A DNA stretch of 64,000 bases from an uncultured delta proteobacterium (GCA_963796055.1 CAWCKH010000004.1:992001-1056000), one strand, 5' to 3'; counted from the stretch's first letter, positions 1-12,773 are shown. Made by a program: numbers and translations. Notes: generated by a model not told the origin, from the sequence alone.

Positions 1-2274
<2,274 letters not shown>

Positions 2275-2435
2275 CACGGACGCAGCCGGTGTGAAGGGTC
2301 GCATGCTGTCGCACCGATGCGCTCCTCCACGCGGGGGTCGAGGTCCACTCGGCTGTCCGCAGATGAATCGGCGCTTCTAGACTGTCGTCCTCAACTCGTC
2401 CCGATGAGCCGTCGGGCGACAAGGGGATTCCAACG

Positions 2436-3257
2436 ATGAAGCGTGTCCTTCTTCTTGCCGGCATCGCCGGCGCACTCGTCGGCTGCGGCAGCGGGTTGCC
2501 CACGCCCCCGGAGCTCAAGAGCTTCAACTACGGCGCGCCGACCGCCCCCACCCCCGAGCAGAGCAGCGCGGCCAGCATCGGCGAGAGCGGCGTGAGGAGC
2601 GCCGCGGGCGTCAATCAGACCTCGAACCCCCAGGCGGCCCCGGGACTGCCCGATCAGATGGCGGCGAACTTCCCGAGCCTTGGAAGCGCGCTTGCTCCGC
2701 CCTCGCTGGAGGCAGCGCTGTCCCGTCTCCCGGTGCCGACGGCGGCGAGCGCGGCGCAGGCCGTGCGGAGCGCGGGCCTGAGCGTGGGCAGCAACTGCAC
2801 CACCGTGACCGACACCAGCGTGACCTACAAGGACTGCTCGACCAGCTCCGAAGGATTCGCCCTGACGCTGAACGGGACCATCTCCGTCTCGCCAGGGTCG
2901 ATTCACTGGGACATCAGCGCCACCGCCTCCGGAAATACCCAGGGCATCTCGGTGGACGGCAAGTTCATCTGGACCGGGCAGCTGACCTGGACCAGCGCGA
3001 CCGTGCAGGGCCAGGGCCGAAGCGCGTACGGGGTGAGGGCCGACGCCAACGGCCAGCACGTCGAGCTCGCGGCGACTGCCGGGGTCGACGTGAACCTCCA
3101 GGTAGATGCGACCAACCACTGCATCAGCGGCGGAACGCTCGAGCTCCGCCGAGTGGCCGAGGGCCATGCGAGCAATGGACAGTCGATCTCGCAGGCGGTC
3201 GGCTGGAAGTTCACCTGGAACGGCTGCGGCAACGTGACCGTGGCCAACGGGACCTAG
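2436..3257 (+). CDS. Hypothetical lipoprotein, Ser/Thr/Gly-rich and beta-strand-like
   Basis: MKR + hydrophobic stretch + LVGC lipobox; GC3-biased codons; four further Cys. Confidence 0.8.
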   Translation: MKRVLLLAGIAGALVGCGSGLPTPPELKSFNYGAPTAPTPEQSSAASIGESGVRSAAGVNQTSNPQAAPGLPDQMAANFPSLGSALAPPSLEAALSRLPVPTAASAAQAVRSAGLSVGSNCTTVTDTSVTYKDCSTSSEGFALTLNGTISVSPGSIHWDISATASGNTQGISVDGKFIWTGQLTWTSATVQGQGRSAYGVRADANGQHVELAATAGVDVNLQVDATNHCISGGTLELRRVAEGHASNGQSISQAVGWKFTWNGCGNVTVANGT

Positions 3258-3362
3258 AGTCACACCTCCGGTTCGTTTTTTCCGGCCCGCGGCCCCGACG
3301 AGAGGTGCCGCGGGTCGTTTCGTCTTCGCGGTCACGAGGCGTCCGGTACCGCGGTCGCGCCT

Positions 3363-3527
3363 GTAACGAGGTGCCGAGGTAACGAGGTGTCAGGTAACGA
3401 GGTGTCGGTAACGAGGTGTCTGGCACCGCCCCTCGGCACCGCGGCCCGGAGACGGAATCCTCAAGCACCGTCTCAGTTGACATGGACTGGTGTCCGGCCC
3501 GACGGACGTAACGAGGTGTCTGGCACC
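3363..3527 (+). repeat. REP-like cluster: three left-half copies (3363, 3379, 3394) and full cores GTAACGAGGTGTCTGGCACC at 3408 and 3508
   Basis: Read directly; intergenic. Confidence 0.9.
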
Positions 3528-3747
3528 GCCTAGGAGCAGCGCCTGGGAGCAGCTCGCCTCGGCGCCGCGGGGTTCAGGGCGCGCGTGCGGCCCGCCCGGC
3601 TTCACGCCTGTCCTCTCGCCTGCCCGGAGCACGAACAACCGCCCACGAACTCCTAGCGCGGGCCCGGACCGGGCGTGCGCCTCGGCGGTCCCGCACCCAA
3701 GTTGTGGGACGTCAATCAATGTTTCCCATGAAAGCGGAGTAGCGAAC

Positions 3748-4596
3748 GTGAGGACTCGTGTCTTGGTAGTGACCGCGGCACTCGCCTTTGCCGGCGCGTG
3801 CGCGCACGGAAGCATGAAGAGCGACACGGTGAGCGACGAGGTGCTCGCCCGCGTGCCGCCTGACCAGATGGGCGGGGTCAACCAGGCGCGCCTGGACCAC
3901 TCCAAGGCCCAGGACACCCTGGCCCGGGAGAAGCTGGGTCAGGAGAAGGCCAAACGGTACATCGACGTCGCGAACAACGAGGTCTCGATCGCCAAGGCGC
4001 AGATCGAGCGCGACCACTCAGCGCAGCAGGCCGCGGATTACGCCCGGAACAATCAGGCCGCCACCCAGTCGCAGAGCGCGTCGGGCCTCGCGCGGCAGCG
4101 GGAACAGGTCGCGAACGCGCATTTGAACGCGGCGCAGGAGCTCTCCAAGTACAGCGACTCGCGGGTGAGCGCGGCGCAGAAGGCAGTGGACCTGGCCAAC
4201 GCGCGGCTGGAACTGGCGAAGTACAAGGCCGTCCAGGCATCGGGCGACAAGAGCGCGGCCAACATCGATGGCCCCGCGATCCAGAAGACGGTGGAGGACG
4301 CCCGCGTGGCCTTGGAGCAAGAGCGGGCCAAGGTCACTCAGACCAAGGCGAGCGCATCGGCCGCGCACAACAGCTGGGTGGCGCTCCGCGATCAGCTCCC
4401 GGCTGATCAGCGCTTCGGCGTCGGTGGCTCGGGCTCGGGCACCGCGGCGAACCTGAGCGGCCAGAGCGGAACCAACCAGACCGGCTCGGGTCGAGAGAAC
4501 TACAACATCGACACCAAGAACACCGATCCCCACAAGGGCCCGATGAGCAACAACCCGGCGGTCTACGACGACAAGGATCTCTTCAACCTGCTGTAG
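3748..4596 (+). CDS. Hypothetical coiled-coil lipoprotein
   Basis: GTG at 3748 after GGAG RBS; AFAGAC lipobox; Ala/Gln/Lys-rich helical body. Confidence 0.8.
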   Translation: MRTRVLVVTAALAFAGACAHGSMKSDTVSDEVLARVPPDQMGGVNQARLDHSKAQDTLAREKLGQEKAKRYIDVANNEVSIAKAQIERDHSAQQAADYARNNQAATQSQSASGLARQREQVANAHLNAAQELSKYSDSRVSAAQKAVDLANARLELAKYKAVQASGDKSAANIDGPAIQKTVEDARVALEQERAKVTQTKASASAAHNSWVALRDQLPADQRFGVGGSGSGTAANLSGQSGTNQTGSGRENYNIDTKNTDPHKGPMSNNPAVYDDKDLFNLL

Positions 4597-5278
4597 CCGC
4601 CTTCAGCCAGCCGAACGCGTCGCGCACCGCAGCGGGTCCGCCATGCTCGAGGACCCGCCCGTGCGCGACGACGATTCGGTCGAAGTCGAGCGCCAGCAGC
4701 CGATCGAGGCTCCTCCGGGCCGCCGGGCGATCGCGATACGCCAGCCGCAGGAACCGGCTCCAGCCGACCCGGCCCTCGAGTCCCGCCACCTTGAGGTACA
4801 GGCGCGTGGGGAGGTGCGGACTCCCGTCGAAGTTCTCCACCAGGTCCGCGGTGATCAGCGTCCGGGTCGGACGATGGACGAACACCGTCTCGTCGAGCAT
4901 CGAGCCGTCGACGTGCAGGGGAACGAGTGCGCCACCCCAGTCCGGGTCGGGGGTTTCGGTGAGGTCGGCGTCGATTCGCACCTCGGGGCGCTTCCGCCGC
5001 ATCGCCGCGGGCGCGTGCACCCGGGCGTTCGGCCAGCGCTGGATGGCTTCGGTGACGTACACGTGGTGGTAGAGATTGGGCATCACGATGTGGGCCACCG
5101 GGCCGACCGCGTCGAGCTCGTCCTCCAGCAGATCGTCGACCGCCACCACCGAGTGGAGCCAGAGCGCACCGCTCGGTAGGCGAACCACCGTCATCCGCGT
5201 CCCGAGGTGAAGACCGAGGTAGCGGTGCGGAACGGGCGCGCTCCACAGCCCCTCGGCATGCTGGACGAGCTCGCTCAT
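4583..5278 (-). CDS. DUF4336-family (metallo-beta-lactamase-like) protein
   Basis: TRMTVVRL..G.LWLHS, HIVMPNLYHH, ETVFVHRPTRTLITADL, DFDRIVVAHG; ATG overlaps argE stop (ATGA). Confidence 0.85.
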   Translation of the reverse strand: MSELVQHAEGLWSAPVPHRYLGLHLGTRMTVVRLPSGALWLHSVVAVDDLLEDELDAVGPVAHIVMPNLYHHVYVTEAIQRWPNARVHAPAAMRRKRPEVRIDADLTETPDPDWGGALVPLHVDGSMLDETVFVHRPTRTLITADLVENFDGSPHLPTRLYLKVAGLEGRVGWSRFLRLAYRDRPAARRSLDRLLALDFDRIVVAHGRVLEHGGPAAVRDAFGWLKAATAG

Positions 5279-6429
5279 CCGCAGAAGTGGCGGATCGCCG
5301 CCTCGAGGATCTCCTCGCAGCGGAGGAGCTCGGGGACGGGGACGAACTCTCCCGTCTGGTGCGCGACCTGGATGTTCCCCGGCCCGAAGACCACCGAGCG
5401 TGCCCCCAGGGCCGTCATCTGCGGCGCCTCGGTGCCGAAGCTGACGGTGGCCGAGGACTGACCGGTCTGGCGTTCGAGGAACGTCACCACCTCGGCGGAG
5501 GCGGGCGTCTCCACGCCGCGGTCGGTGCGGAGGATGCGCATCCGGACCTCGCATCCGGGCTCCTCGCGGCGGAGCTGGAACATGAGCTGCTCGATGGCGT
5601 AGGGCACCGCCTCCACCGGCTGGGCCGGGATCGGCCGCCACTCGAGGGTGAAGGTGCAGCTTCCGGGGATGACGTTCTTCGCCCGCCCGCCCTGGATGAG
5701 GCCCACGTTCAGGGTGGTGTAGGGCGGCTCGAAGGACGGGTCGGTCTCGCCGCGCAACGGGCCCTTCGCGTAGGACTCGATCCGGCTCAGCAGACGCGCG
5801 GCGCGGAAGATGGCCGAGGCCCCGGTGTCCGGGTAGGCGCTGTGGCCCTCCTTTCCCGAGACCTCGATCTCCGCCAGGCAGTAGCCCTTGTTGGCGCGGA
5901 TCGGACGGAGCGAGGTCGGCTCGCCCACGATGGCGTTGCGGGCCGCGCCGCGACGGGCCTCGAGCAGCATCTTGGCCCCCAGGCAGCCCACCTCCTCGTC
6001 GGCAGTGAAGACGAGGCCCAGCGGCTTCTTCAGCGCGCTGCGGGTTCGCTCGGCGGCGAGGAGGGCGCAGGCGATGAAGGCCTTGGTGTCACAGGCGCCG
6101 CGGCCGTAGAGGCGCTCACCGTCGCGGGTGAGCGTCAGCGCCTCGGCCCAGCCGGTGTCGTAGGGCACGCAGTCGGTGTGGCCCACCAGCGCGAGCTCGG
6201 GGACCTCCCCGGCGCCGTGGCTGAAGGCCAGGAGGTTCACCTTCTCCACGCCGGCATCGTCCGGGTAGTGCTGCCGCTCGCAGCGAAACCCCAGCGCGGT
6301 CAGGCGCGGCTCGAGCCAGTCGACGAGGGGCTGGTTCGGGAGGCGGCTCGTCGTGTCGAACCCCACCAGCGCCCGCAGTGTCTCCTCGAGCCGTTCCTCC
6401 ACCTCGCTCACGCGAACGTCCTCCGGCAC
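5275..6429 (-). CDS. argE: Acetylornithine deacetylase (M20 family)
   Basis: GHTDCVP, GRGACDTK, ADEEVGC, IVGEPT, FGTEAP, AHQTGEFV motifs. Confidence 0.9.
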   Translation of the reverse strand: MPEDVRVSEVEERLEETLRALVGFDTTSRLPNQPLVDWLEPRLTALGFRCERQHYPDDAGVEKVNLLAFSHGAGEVPELALVGHTDCVPYDTGWAEALTLTRDGERLYGRGACDTKAFIACALLAAERTRSALKKPLGLVFTADEEVGCLGAKMLLEARRGAARNAIVGEPTSLRPIRANKGYCLAEIEVSGKEGHSAYPDTGASAIFRAARLLSRIESYAKGPLRGETDPSFEPPYTTLNVGLIQGGRAKNVIPGSCTFTLEWRPIPAQPVEAVPYAIEQLMFQLRREEPGCEVRMRILRTDRGVETPASAEVVTFLERQTGQSSATVSFGTEAPQMTALGARSVVFGPGNIQVAHQTGEFVPVPELLRCEEILEAAIRHFCG

Positions 6430-7781
6430 AGCGCTGTGAAGTCACGGGCCGTGGCCTCCTCCAGCGGGTGGCGGCGGTCCTGTACCACCCGCCGGCCCTG
6501 AACCCAGGTGTCGGTCACCGCCGCGGCCGGAGCCGAGAACACCACCGCGGCGAGCAGACCGTCCTCGGGCGCGCCCAGCAGGGCCGGATCCTCGAGGTCC
6601 ACCGCGCACAGGTCGGCCGGACGGCCTGGTGCGAGACGGCCCACGTCGAGGCCGAGGCTCCTCGCTCCACCGTGCGTGGCGACCTCGAGCAGCGTGCGGG
6701 CGAGCGCGTCCGGACCCTCGCCAGTCGGCGGAAGGACGAGGCGGCGGCGGCCCTGCAGGCGGAGGTGGCCCTCGAGCGCGCGGAGCTCGCCGAAGGGGTC
6801 GATCTCGCTCTGTCCGTCGGTCCCGATGCAGAGCGTGGCTCCGGCGGCGGCGAGCCCGTCGGCGGGGAGGATGCCGTCTCCGAGGTCGCGCTCGGTGAGG
6901 GGGCAGGCGCAGACGCTCGTCGGTGCGAGGAGCGGGATCTCGTGTGGAGCGAGGTGCACCGCGTGCACGGCGGTGAAGCGGGCGTCGAGGAGGCCGAGCT
7001 CGGAGAGGAGCTCGACGGGCCGGCGCCCGTGCTCGGCGAGGCACGACTCGACCTCCCGTTGCTGCTCGGCGACGTGCATGTGCACCGTCGTCGGGCGAGC
7101 GCGGGCGACGGCCTCGAGCCAGGAACGGGGGACCGCGCGCACGCTGTGGGGCGCGGCCCCGACGGTGACCAGGGGGTCGGGGCGCGTCCGTCGCTCGAGG
7201 GCGGCCACGGCCGAGAGGAAGCTGTCCGGGTCGGGGTCGTAGCAGCGGCGCTGCCGTGGCTCGGGCGGAGCGTTGAAGCCGGGCCGGGCGTAGCCCACGC
7301 GGAGGAGGTGGATGCGGAGGCCCGCATCCCGCGCGGCGGCGATGACCCGGAGCGAGAGCTCGAGCGGGTCCGCGTAGGGGCGGCCGTCGGGCGCGCGGTG
7401 GAGGTAGTGGAACTCGCCGACGGTGGTGATGCCGGCGCGCGCCATCTCCAGGAAGCACTGGCGGGATGCGATGGCCAGGCCGTCCGGGTCGAGCACGGCG
7501 GCGGCGCGGTACATCGTCTCCCGCCAGGTCCAGAAGTCGTCCTGGGCGTGGCCGGCGGACGGGGCCTGGGTGCGGCCGCGGAGGAGCCGCTGGAAGGCGT
7601 GGCTGTGGGCGTTCACCAGCCCGGGGAGCAGCAGCTTGCCGGGGAGGCGCTCGACCGTGGCCCCCGCGGGTGGCGTGCCGGCGGTCTCACAGGTGCCGTC
7701 GGCAGCGACGGCGAGCGCCGCGCCGTGCAGGAGGCGGCCCCCCCAGACGAGGGCCTCGGGCTGGAGCCAGCGGGAAACCAT
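6408..7781 (-). CDS. hutF: Formimidoylglutamate deiminase
   Basis: PGLVNAHSHAFQR, DFWTWRETMY, EFHYLH, APHSVRAV, HMHVAEQ..EV, CPLTERDLGDG. Confidence 0.92.
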   Translation of the reverse strand: MVSRWLQPEALVWGGRLLHGAALAVAADGTCETAGTPPAGATVERLPGKLLLPGLVNAHSHAFQRLLRGRTQAPSAGHAQDDFWTWRETMYRAAAVLDPDGLAIASRQCFLEMARAGITTVGEFHYLHRAPDGRPYADPLELSLRVIAAARDAGLRIHLLRVGYARPGFNAPPEPRQRRCYDPDPDSFLSAVAALERRTRPDPLVTVGAAPHSVRAVPRSWLEAVARARPTTVHMHVAEQQREVESCLAEHGRRPVELLSELGLLDARFTAVHAVHLAPHEIPLLAPTSVCACPLTERDLGDGILPADGLAAAGATLCIGTDGQSEIDPFGELRALEGHLRLQGRRRLVLPPTGEGPDALARTLLEVATHGGARSLGLDVGRLAPGRPADLCAVDLEDPALLGAPEDGLLAAVVFSAPAAAVTDTWVQGRRVVQDRRHPLEEATARDFTALCRRTFA

Positions 7782-7918
7782 GGGCCGCGGGGCACCCTAG
7801 CAACGCGCTCGTGGCCGGAGCGAGGGGGCGGACGGGACGGGTCAACGCAGATGCGACGCGTGGACCGCGTGCACACCCTGGGATGCCCAACGACGAGGAA
7901 CTTCCTCGGGAGGTGTGC

Positions 7919-8245
7919 ATGGAAGCAGATCGCGTGGTCGAGGCGCAGGTCCGGCGGGTTCCCCCGTCGGTGCTGGTCGGACTGGCCCTGGGATCGATGG
8001 CGGTGTCGGCGGCATTCGCGCTGGCCGGCAAGCTGAAGGTCGCGAACTTCATCGGGCAGTGGGTGCCCTCCCTCCTGATCCTGGCGACGTTCGACCGGCT
8101 GGTGCAGAGCGGGGGAGGGTCCGGGGCGGAGGAGTCGGCGAGAGCGGCGCTGCCGAACGGCGTCGTCGGGTCGTCGGCCAGCGCGGGCGCCGGCTCGAGC
8201 GTGGGCGGCACGGCGGCGGGCTCGACGCGGACGCCGGGGCTGTAG
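7919..8245 (+). CDS. Small membrane protein
   Basis: GGAGG RBS then ATG; hydrophobic segment followed by ANFIGQWVP. Confidence 0.7.
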   Translation: MEADRVVEAQVRRVPPSVLVGLALGSMAVSAAFALAGKLKVANFIGQWVPSLLILATFDRLVQSGGGSGAEESARAALPNGVVGSSASAGAGSSVGGTAAGSTRTPGL

Positions 8246-8267
8246 CGGAGTCGTTCGCGGGAGGCCC

Positions 8268-8299
8268 GTAACGAGGTGTCCGTAACGAGGTGTCTGGCA
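8268..8299 (+). repeat. REP-like copies (half at 8268, core at 8282) interrupted by the IS
   Basis: gtaacgaggtgtcc-gtaacgaggtgtctggca then IS end; the motif resumes as tgtctggcacctc at 9595. Confidence 0.9.
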
Positions 8300-9594
8300 C
8301 TGACGGATCCCCACTTCTCATGCGAGCAGTAGGGGTGGTGGACCGCCAAGAGCGTCCCGGAGGGGGGCGAGGAGTATGTTGAGGACGAGCATCCCGGCAC
8401 GGAAGACGGAGAGCACCCGTCGGTCTTTGATGGTGTTGGCCTGAAGCCCGCGGACGAGGCCTATCTTCTCGGCGTGCTCGCCCATCGCCCTGCAGACCTT
8501 CGCGGCGATGGCGCCGATGAGCCACAGGACGCGTACCCGAGGGAGCGAGCGTGAGGCGGAGCCGGCGAAACCCATGCCGAGGCGTGGGTTCTTGATGTCT
8601 CGGAAGGTCTCCTCGATGGCCATGCGCATCGAGTAGAGCTGCCGAATCCTCTCGGCGCCGTCCGGCAGGGACGTGAGCAGCACCCACGGTTCCCGCCACG
8701 AGGAGGCGTAGTGACGGCTCCGTCGCCACTTCCGGACACGGCCCAGTCGGTCCTTCGCTTTGCGTCCCTTCCGCCGCGTCCGGAAGAGCACGAGTTGGCG
8801 GCACACGAAGGCTTTGCTACCTCGACAAACCTGTGCCGGGCCGAGCGACGCTGCCGTTGGCCTTGCGCGACGGCGGAGTTCCTTCAGCCGGAAGCTCTCA
8901 CCGGTGCGCTTGAGCAGGACGTAGGGGCGGCCACGTAGACGGACGACGAAGTCCCAGCCGCGGGAAGCCAGCTGCTTGAGAAAGGGCACCCGAAAGCCAG
9001 CATCGGCCACGAAGATGACTCGCCTGCACGGAGGCAGAATCCGCTCGAGCTCTCGCAGGAAGGTCTCCCGTGCTCGGACCGAGTCGTACTCTCCCTTGCC
9101 GAAGACGGCGTCGTAGAGCGGGATGGCTCTGCCAGCGGCGGCGAGGGACGCACTGAGCACCCACCACTGCTTGCCGTCGTTGGCGCCCGTCCAGTCGATG
9201 AGGAGGACGATGCGGCCCTTCGCGGGAAGGGCGGCCAGCGCTGCCCAACACGCCGCCAGCTTCAGGTGCAACCTGTTGTTCCCGAGGAGCCGGTCGATGC
9301 GCTTCACTGAGTGCTTGCGAAGCGCTGGTCCGGGAAGCCATCGCCCCAGGGACGTCAGCGTCAGCTGGGCGCCCATGCAGGCCGCCGTCACTGCGACCGT
9401 CAGCGCGCTGACGAGCCGGGTGTCGAGGACTGCTTGCAGAGGGCTGGTGAAACGCGCGACAAGAAGCGCGGCGCGGGCCGCGTCTACTGATCCTGGTTTT
9501 CTCACAAGAACAAGCGTGACGTGTCGCGGCCACGCGCCGTTCAAGCTCCCGACTTTCCTCGCGCTCTGCCTCACGAGAAGTGGGGATTCGTCAG
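8300..9594 (-). mobile_element. Complete IS4-family (IS10-like) insertion sequence, 1295 bp, 9-bp TSD TGTCTGGCA
   Basis: TIRs CTGACGGATCCCCACTTCTC (8300) and reverse-complement CTGACGAATCCCCACTTCTC (ending 9594); TGTCTGGCA at 8291-8299 and 9595-9603; ends resemble IS10 CTGATGAATCCCC. Confidence 0.95.
8318..9505 (-). CDS. IS4-family DDE transposase (start uncertain; GTG 9505 proposed)
   Basis: LTLTSLGR, KHSVKRIDRLLGN, IDWT, ADAGF, and YREK signature YSMRMAIEETFRDIK; stop codon lies at the inner edge of the left TIR. Confidence 0.92.
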   Translation of the reverse strand: MRKPGSVDAARAALLVARFTSPLQAVLDTRLVSALTVAVTAACMGAQLTLTSLGRWLPGPALRKHSVKRIDRLLGNNRLHLKLAACWAALAALPAKGRIVLLIDWTGANDGKQWWVLSASLAAAGRAIPLYDAVFGKGEYDSVRARETFLRELERILPPCRRVIFVADAGFRVPFLKQLASRGWDFVVRLRGRPYVLLKRTGESFRLKELRRRARPTAASLGPAQVCRGSKAFVCRQLVLFRTRRKGRKAKDRLGRVRKWRRSRHYASSWREPWVLLTSLPDGAERIRQLYSMRMAIEETFRDIKNPRLGMGFAGSASRSLPRVRVLWLIGAIAAKVCRAMGEHAEKIGLVRGLQANTIKDRRVLSVFRAGMLVLNILLAPLRDALGGPPPLLLA

Positions 9595-9690
9595 TGTCTG
9601 GCACCTCTCGGAGGCGGGCCCCCTGGCCTTTGCGCGACCCGGCGGGGCGTGCTGACCTTGGCGGCAGGCAGGAGACCCCATGGCCCGCCG
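9595..9690 (+). repeat. Duplicate of the ligD upstream region, RBS and first codons (other copy ~9952-10047)
   Basis: Near-identical cacctctcggaggcggg...gctgaccttggcggcaggcaggagaccccatggcccgccg in both copies, about 4 mismatches. Confidence 0.9.
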
Positions 9691-9964
9691 GTAACGAGGT
9701 GTCCGGTAACGAGGTGTCTGGCACCGCCCCCCGGCACCGCCCCCCCGGGGGGCACCCGGGGCCCCGGTAACGAGGCGTCCGGTAACGAGGTGTCTGGCAC
9801 GCCTCCGGGCACCGCCTGCGGGCACGTTCCCGTCACGCATCCTGAACCACGGATGGTGCGTCCGCCGCGGCGCACTCCACCCGCAACGCGCCTGAGACCA
9901 GGAGCCAGAATCCTCTCGAACTCAACGGGCCACAGGGTGTCCGTAACGAGGTGTTTGGCACCTC
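9691..9964 (+). repeat. REP-like cluster (starts at 9691, 9706, 9767, 9782, 9943)
   Basis: GTAACGAGG[T/C]GT[C/T]TGGCAC motifs in direct orientation. Confidence 0.9.
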
Positions 9965-10036
9965 TCGGAGGCGGGCCTCCGGGCCTTTGCGCGACCCGGG
10001 GGGGCGTGCTGACCTTGGCGGCAGGCAGGAGACCCC

Positions 10037-12773
10037 ATGGCCCGCCGCAACGACCCGCTCGAGACGTACCGGCAAAAACGCGACTTTGCCATCACCCCCG
10101 AGCCTGCCCCGGAGCGCCCCGCGCCCGCTCCCACCGGGGCGCCACGGTTCATGGTGCACAAGCATGATGCGACGCGGCTCCACTACGACCTCCGGCTCGA
10201 GACGAACGGGGTGCTCGCCAGCTGGGCCTGTCCCAAGGGGCCGAGCTACGACCCCGCCCAGAAGCGCCTCGCCGTCGAGACCGAGGACCACCCGCTCGCC
10301 TACGGCGATTTCGAGGGCCGCATCCCCGACGGCGAGTACGGCGCAGGCGACAGCATCATCTGGGACCGCGGCACCTACGACACCGTGCCCCCCGGCCAGT
10401 TCGAGGCGCAGCGCCGCAAGGGACACCTGCACCTCGTCTTCAACGGGCAGAAGCTCAAGGGGGGCTGGCACCTGGTGCGGACGCGCCCCCAGGGCGGCAA
10501 GGCCCAGTGGCTCCTCTTCAAGGCGAAGGACGGCACCGAGCGGCCGGACTACGACGTGGTGGCCGAGCGTCCCGAGTCGGTGGTCAGCGGCCGCCGTCTG
10601 ACCCGTGGGCCCGAGCGGCAGAGCCAGCTCCGCGGCGTCCATCCCGACCCGGAAACGCTGCTCGCGCGGGTCTGGCCGCCGATGCTGGCCGTGCTCGCCA
10701 AGGGTACGCCGGCGCCGGCGAGCCACTACCTGTACGAGGTGAAGTACGACGGGTACCGCGCGCTCGCCGCCATCTCGGGCGGAAAGGTGTCGGTCCGCTC
10801 GCGGAACGACCTCGACTTCGGCACGCGGTTCCCCTGGGTCTTGCCCGCGCTCTCGCAGGTCGTGGTGGGCGAGGCGGTGCTCGACGGCGAGCTGGTGGCG
10901 CTCGACGCGGCGGGGGTCTCCCGCTTCCAGAAGCTCGGCGATCCCACGGCCGAGCACCGGTACATCGTGTTCGACCTCCTCTGGCTGGACGGCGAGGACC
11001 TCCGGTCACGACCGCTCGAGGAGCGACGCGAGCTGCTCGAGTCGGTGATGGCCAACACCCGTCCGCCGCTCGAGCTGGCGCAGCGGGTCCGCGGCGACGA
11101 GGAGACCGCGCTGGCCGAGGCGAAGCGCCGCGGCTGGGAAGGCCTCCTGGCGAAGCGGCGTGGCTCGCCGTACGTCGGGACCCGCAGCGCGTACTGGCTG
11201 AAGCTGAAGGTGCTCGGAACGGACGAGCTGGTCATCGCGGGCTGGACGCCGATCTCCAACGGGGCGGCGGAGATCGGTGCGCTGCTGGTGGCGGCCCGAC
11301 GGGGATCGCGGTTCGTGTACGCCGGGAAGGTCGGGACGGGGTTCGACCGGAAAATGCGACGGCGGCTCCTCACCCTGCTGAAGAAGGACGAGGTCCCGAG
11401 CCCGGCCATCGAGGGCGCTCCGCGGATGCGCGACGCCCACTGGGTGACGCCGCGGCACGTGGCCGAGCTGCAGTTCACCGAGTGGACCCGTGATGGAAAG
11501 CTCCGGCATCCGTCGTTCCAAGGACTCCGGGAGGACAAGGGTCCGCTGGAGATCGGCCAGGACGAGGCGGCCGCGCCGCGTCCTCGGAAGACGCCGCGGA
11601 AATCCGCAGAGACGGGAACGCGGCGGACGGCCGGGCGCACGGTCTCGGCGGCGCGCGCGCGGACGACGTCGGGACGCGGGGGGTCCACGTCAGGAAAGGC
11701 CGCGGGCGCCACCAAGCGCGGGACCAGGACACGCTCCTCGAAGCGCGGCAGCAGCGACGGCGCCGATCCGGACGGTGCGCCGGTCACAGGATTCTTCGGA
11801 AGCGCTCCGGCCGAGGGTTTCGGGACCTGGCACTCGAACCGGGGGGAAGCAGAGGCGGCTCCGGCGAGCGCGGCGCGCCCGGCCGCCGCCGAGTTCACCG
11901 CCCGGGAGCCTCCGCCCGCCGAGGTACCCATCACCCACCCGGAGAAGGTCCTTTTCCCGGCCTCGAAGATCACTAAGGCCGACGTCCGGGCCTATGACGA
12001 TGCGGTGGCTCCGGCGCTCATCGCCGCGCTCCGAGGACGGCCGCTCTCCTTTCAGCAATGGCCTCAGGGGATCGGCAAGCCGGGCATCTTCCGGCAAGGC
12101 GCGACCACCGCGCCGCCCTGGATTCCCCGGGTGACGGTGCAGCACGTCGACCACCCGCTCGAGCACATCGTCGTCGACCGGCCGGAGACGGTCTCGTGGC
12201 TCGCCAACCAGTCGGCACTCACGCTGCACATGACCTCGAGCCGCGCCGCCACCGTGGACGAGCCCGACTGGGTGGCGTTCGACTTCGATCCCGCCGAGGC
12301 CGGGTGGACGCAGAATCCCCCCGCTGGCGAAGGCGCTGAAGGGGCTGCTCGACGAGCTGAAGCTGATCTCGGTGCCGAAGACCTCCGGGAAGCGGGGGCT
12401 CCACGTCTTCGTCCCGCTCGGGCCGGGACACACCCATGCGCAAGCGCTCGGGTTCGCCGAGGCAGTGACCGGAGCGCTCGCCGCGCGCTTCCCGGACCTG
12501 GCGACCACCGAGCGCGCTCTGAATCGCCGGCGCGGGCGGCTGTATCTCGACGCGTTCCAGAATGGACGGCTGAAGACGATGGTCGCCCCGTACTCGATCC
12601 GCGCGGTCGAGGGTGCGCCGGTCTCGACCCCGCTGGAGTGGGACGAGGTGGACGCGCGGCTCGATCCGGGGAAGTTCAACATCCACACCGTGCCCCGGCG
12701 GCTCCAGGAGCGGGGGGACCTGTTCGCGCCGGCGCTCGCCGGGAAGCAGCGGCTCCCCGAGTTTCGCGCCTGA
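10037..12773 (+). CDS. ligD: NHEJ DNA ligase D (phosphoesterase-ligase-polymerase); frameshift near 12315
   Basis: PE domain (HDATRLHYDLRLE, WACPKGPS, TEDHPLAY); ligase EVKYDGYR, EGLLAK, WLKLK; polymerase THPEKVLFP, continuing in another frame as PKTSGKRGLH and APYSIRA. Confidence 0.92.

Noticed and set aside
9506..9724. N-terminal extension of the transposase ORF to 9724 (MPDTSLPDTSL...)
   Set aside because: It runs beyond the IS end at 9594 into REP and duplicated DNA.
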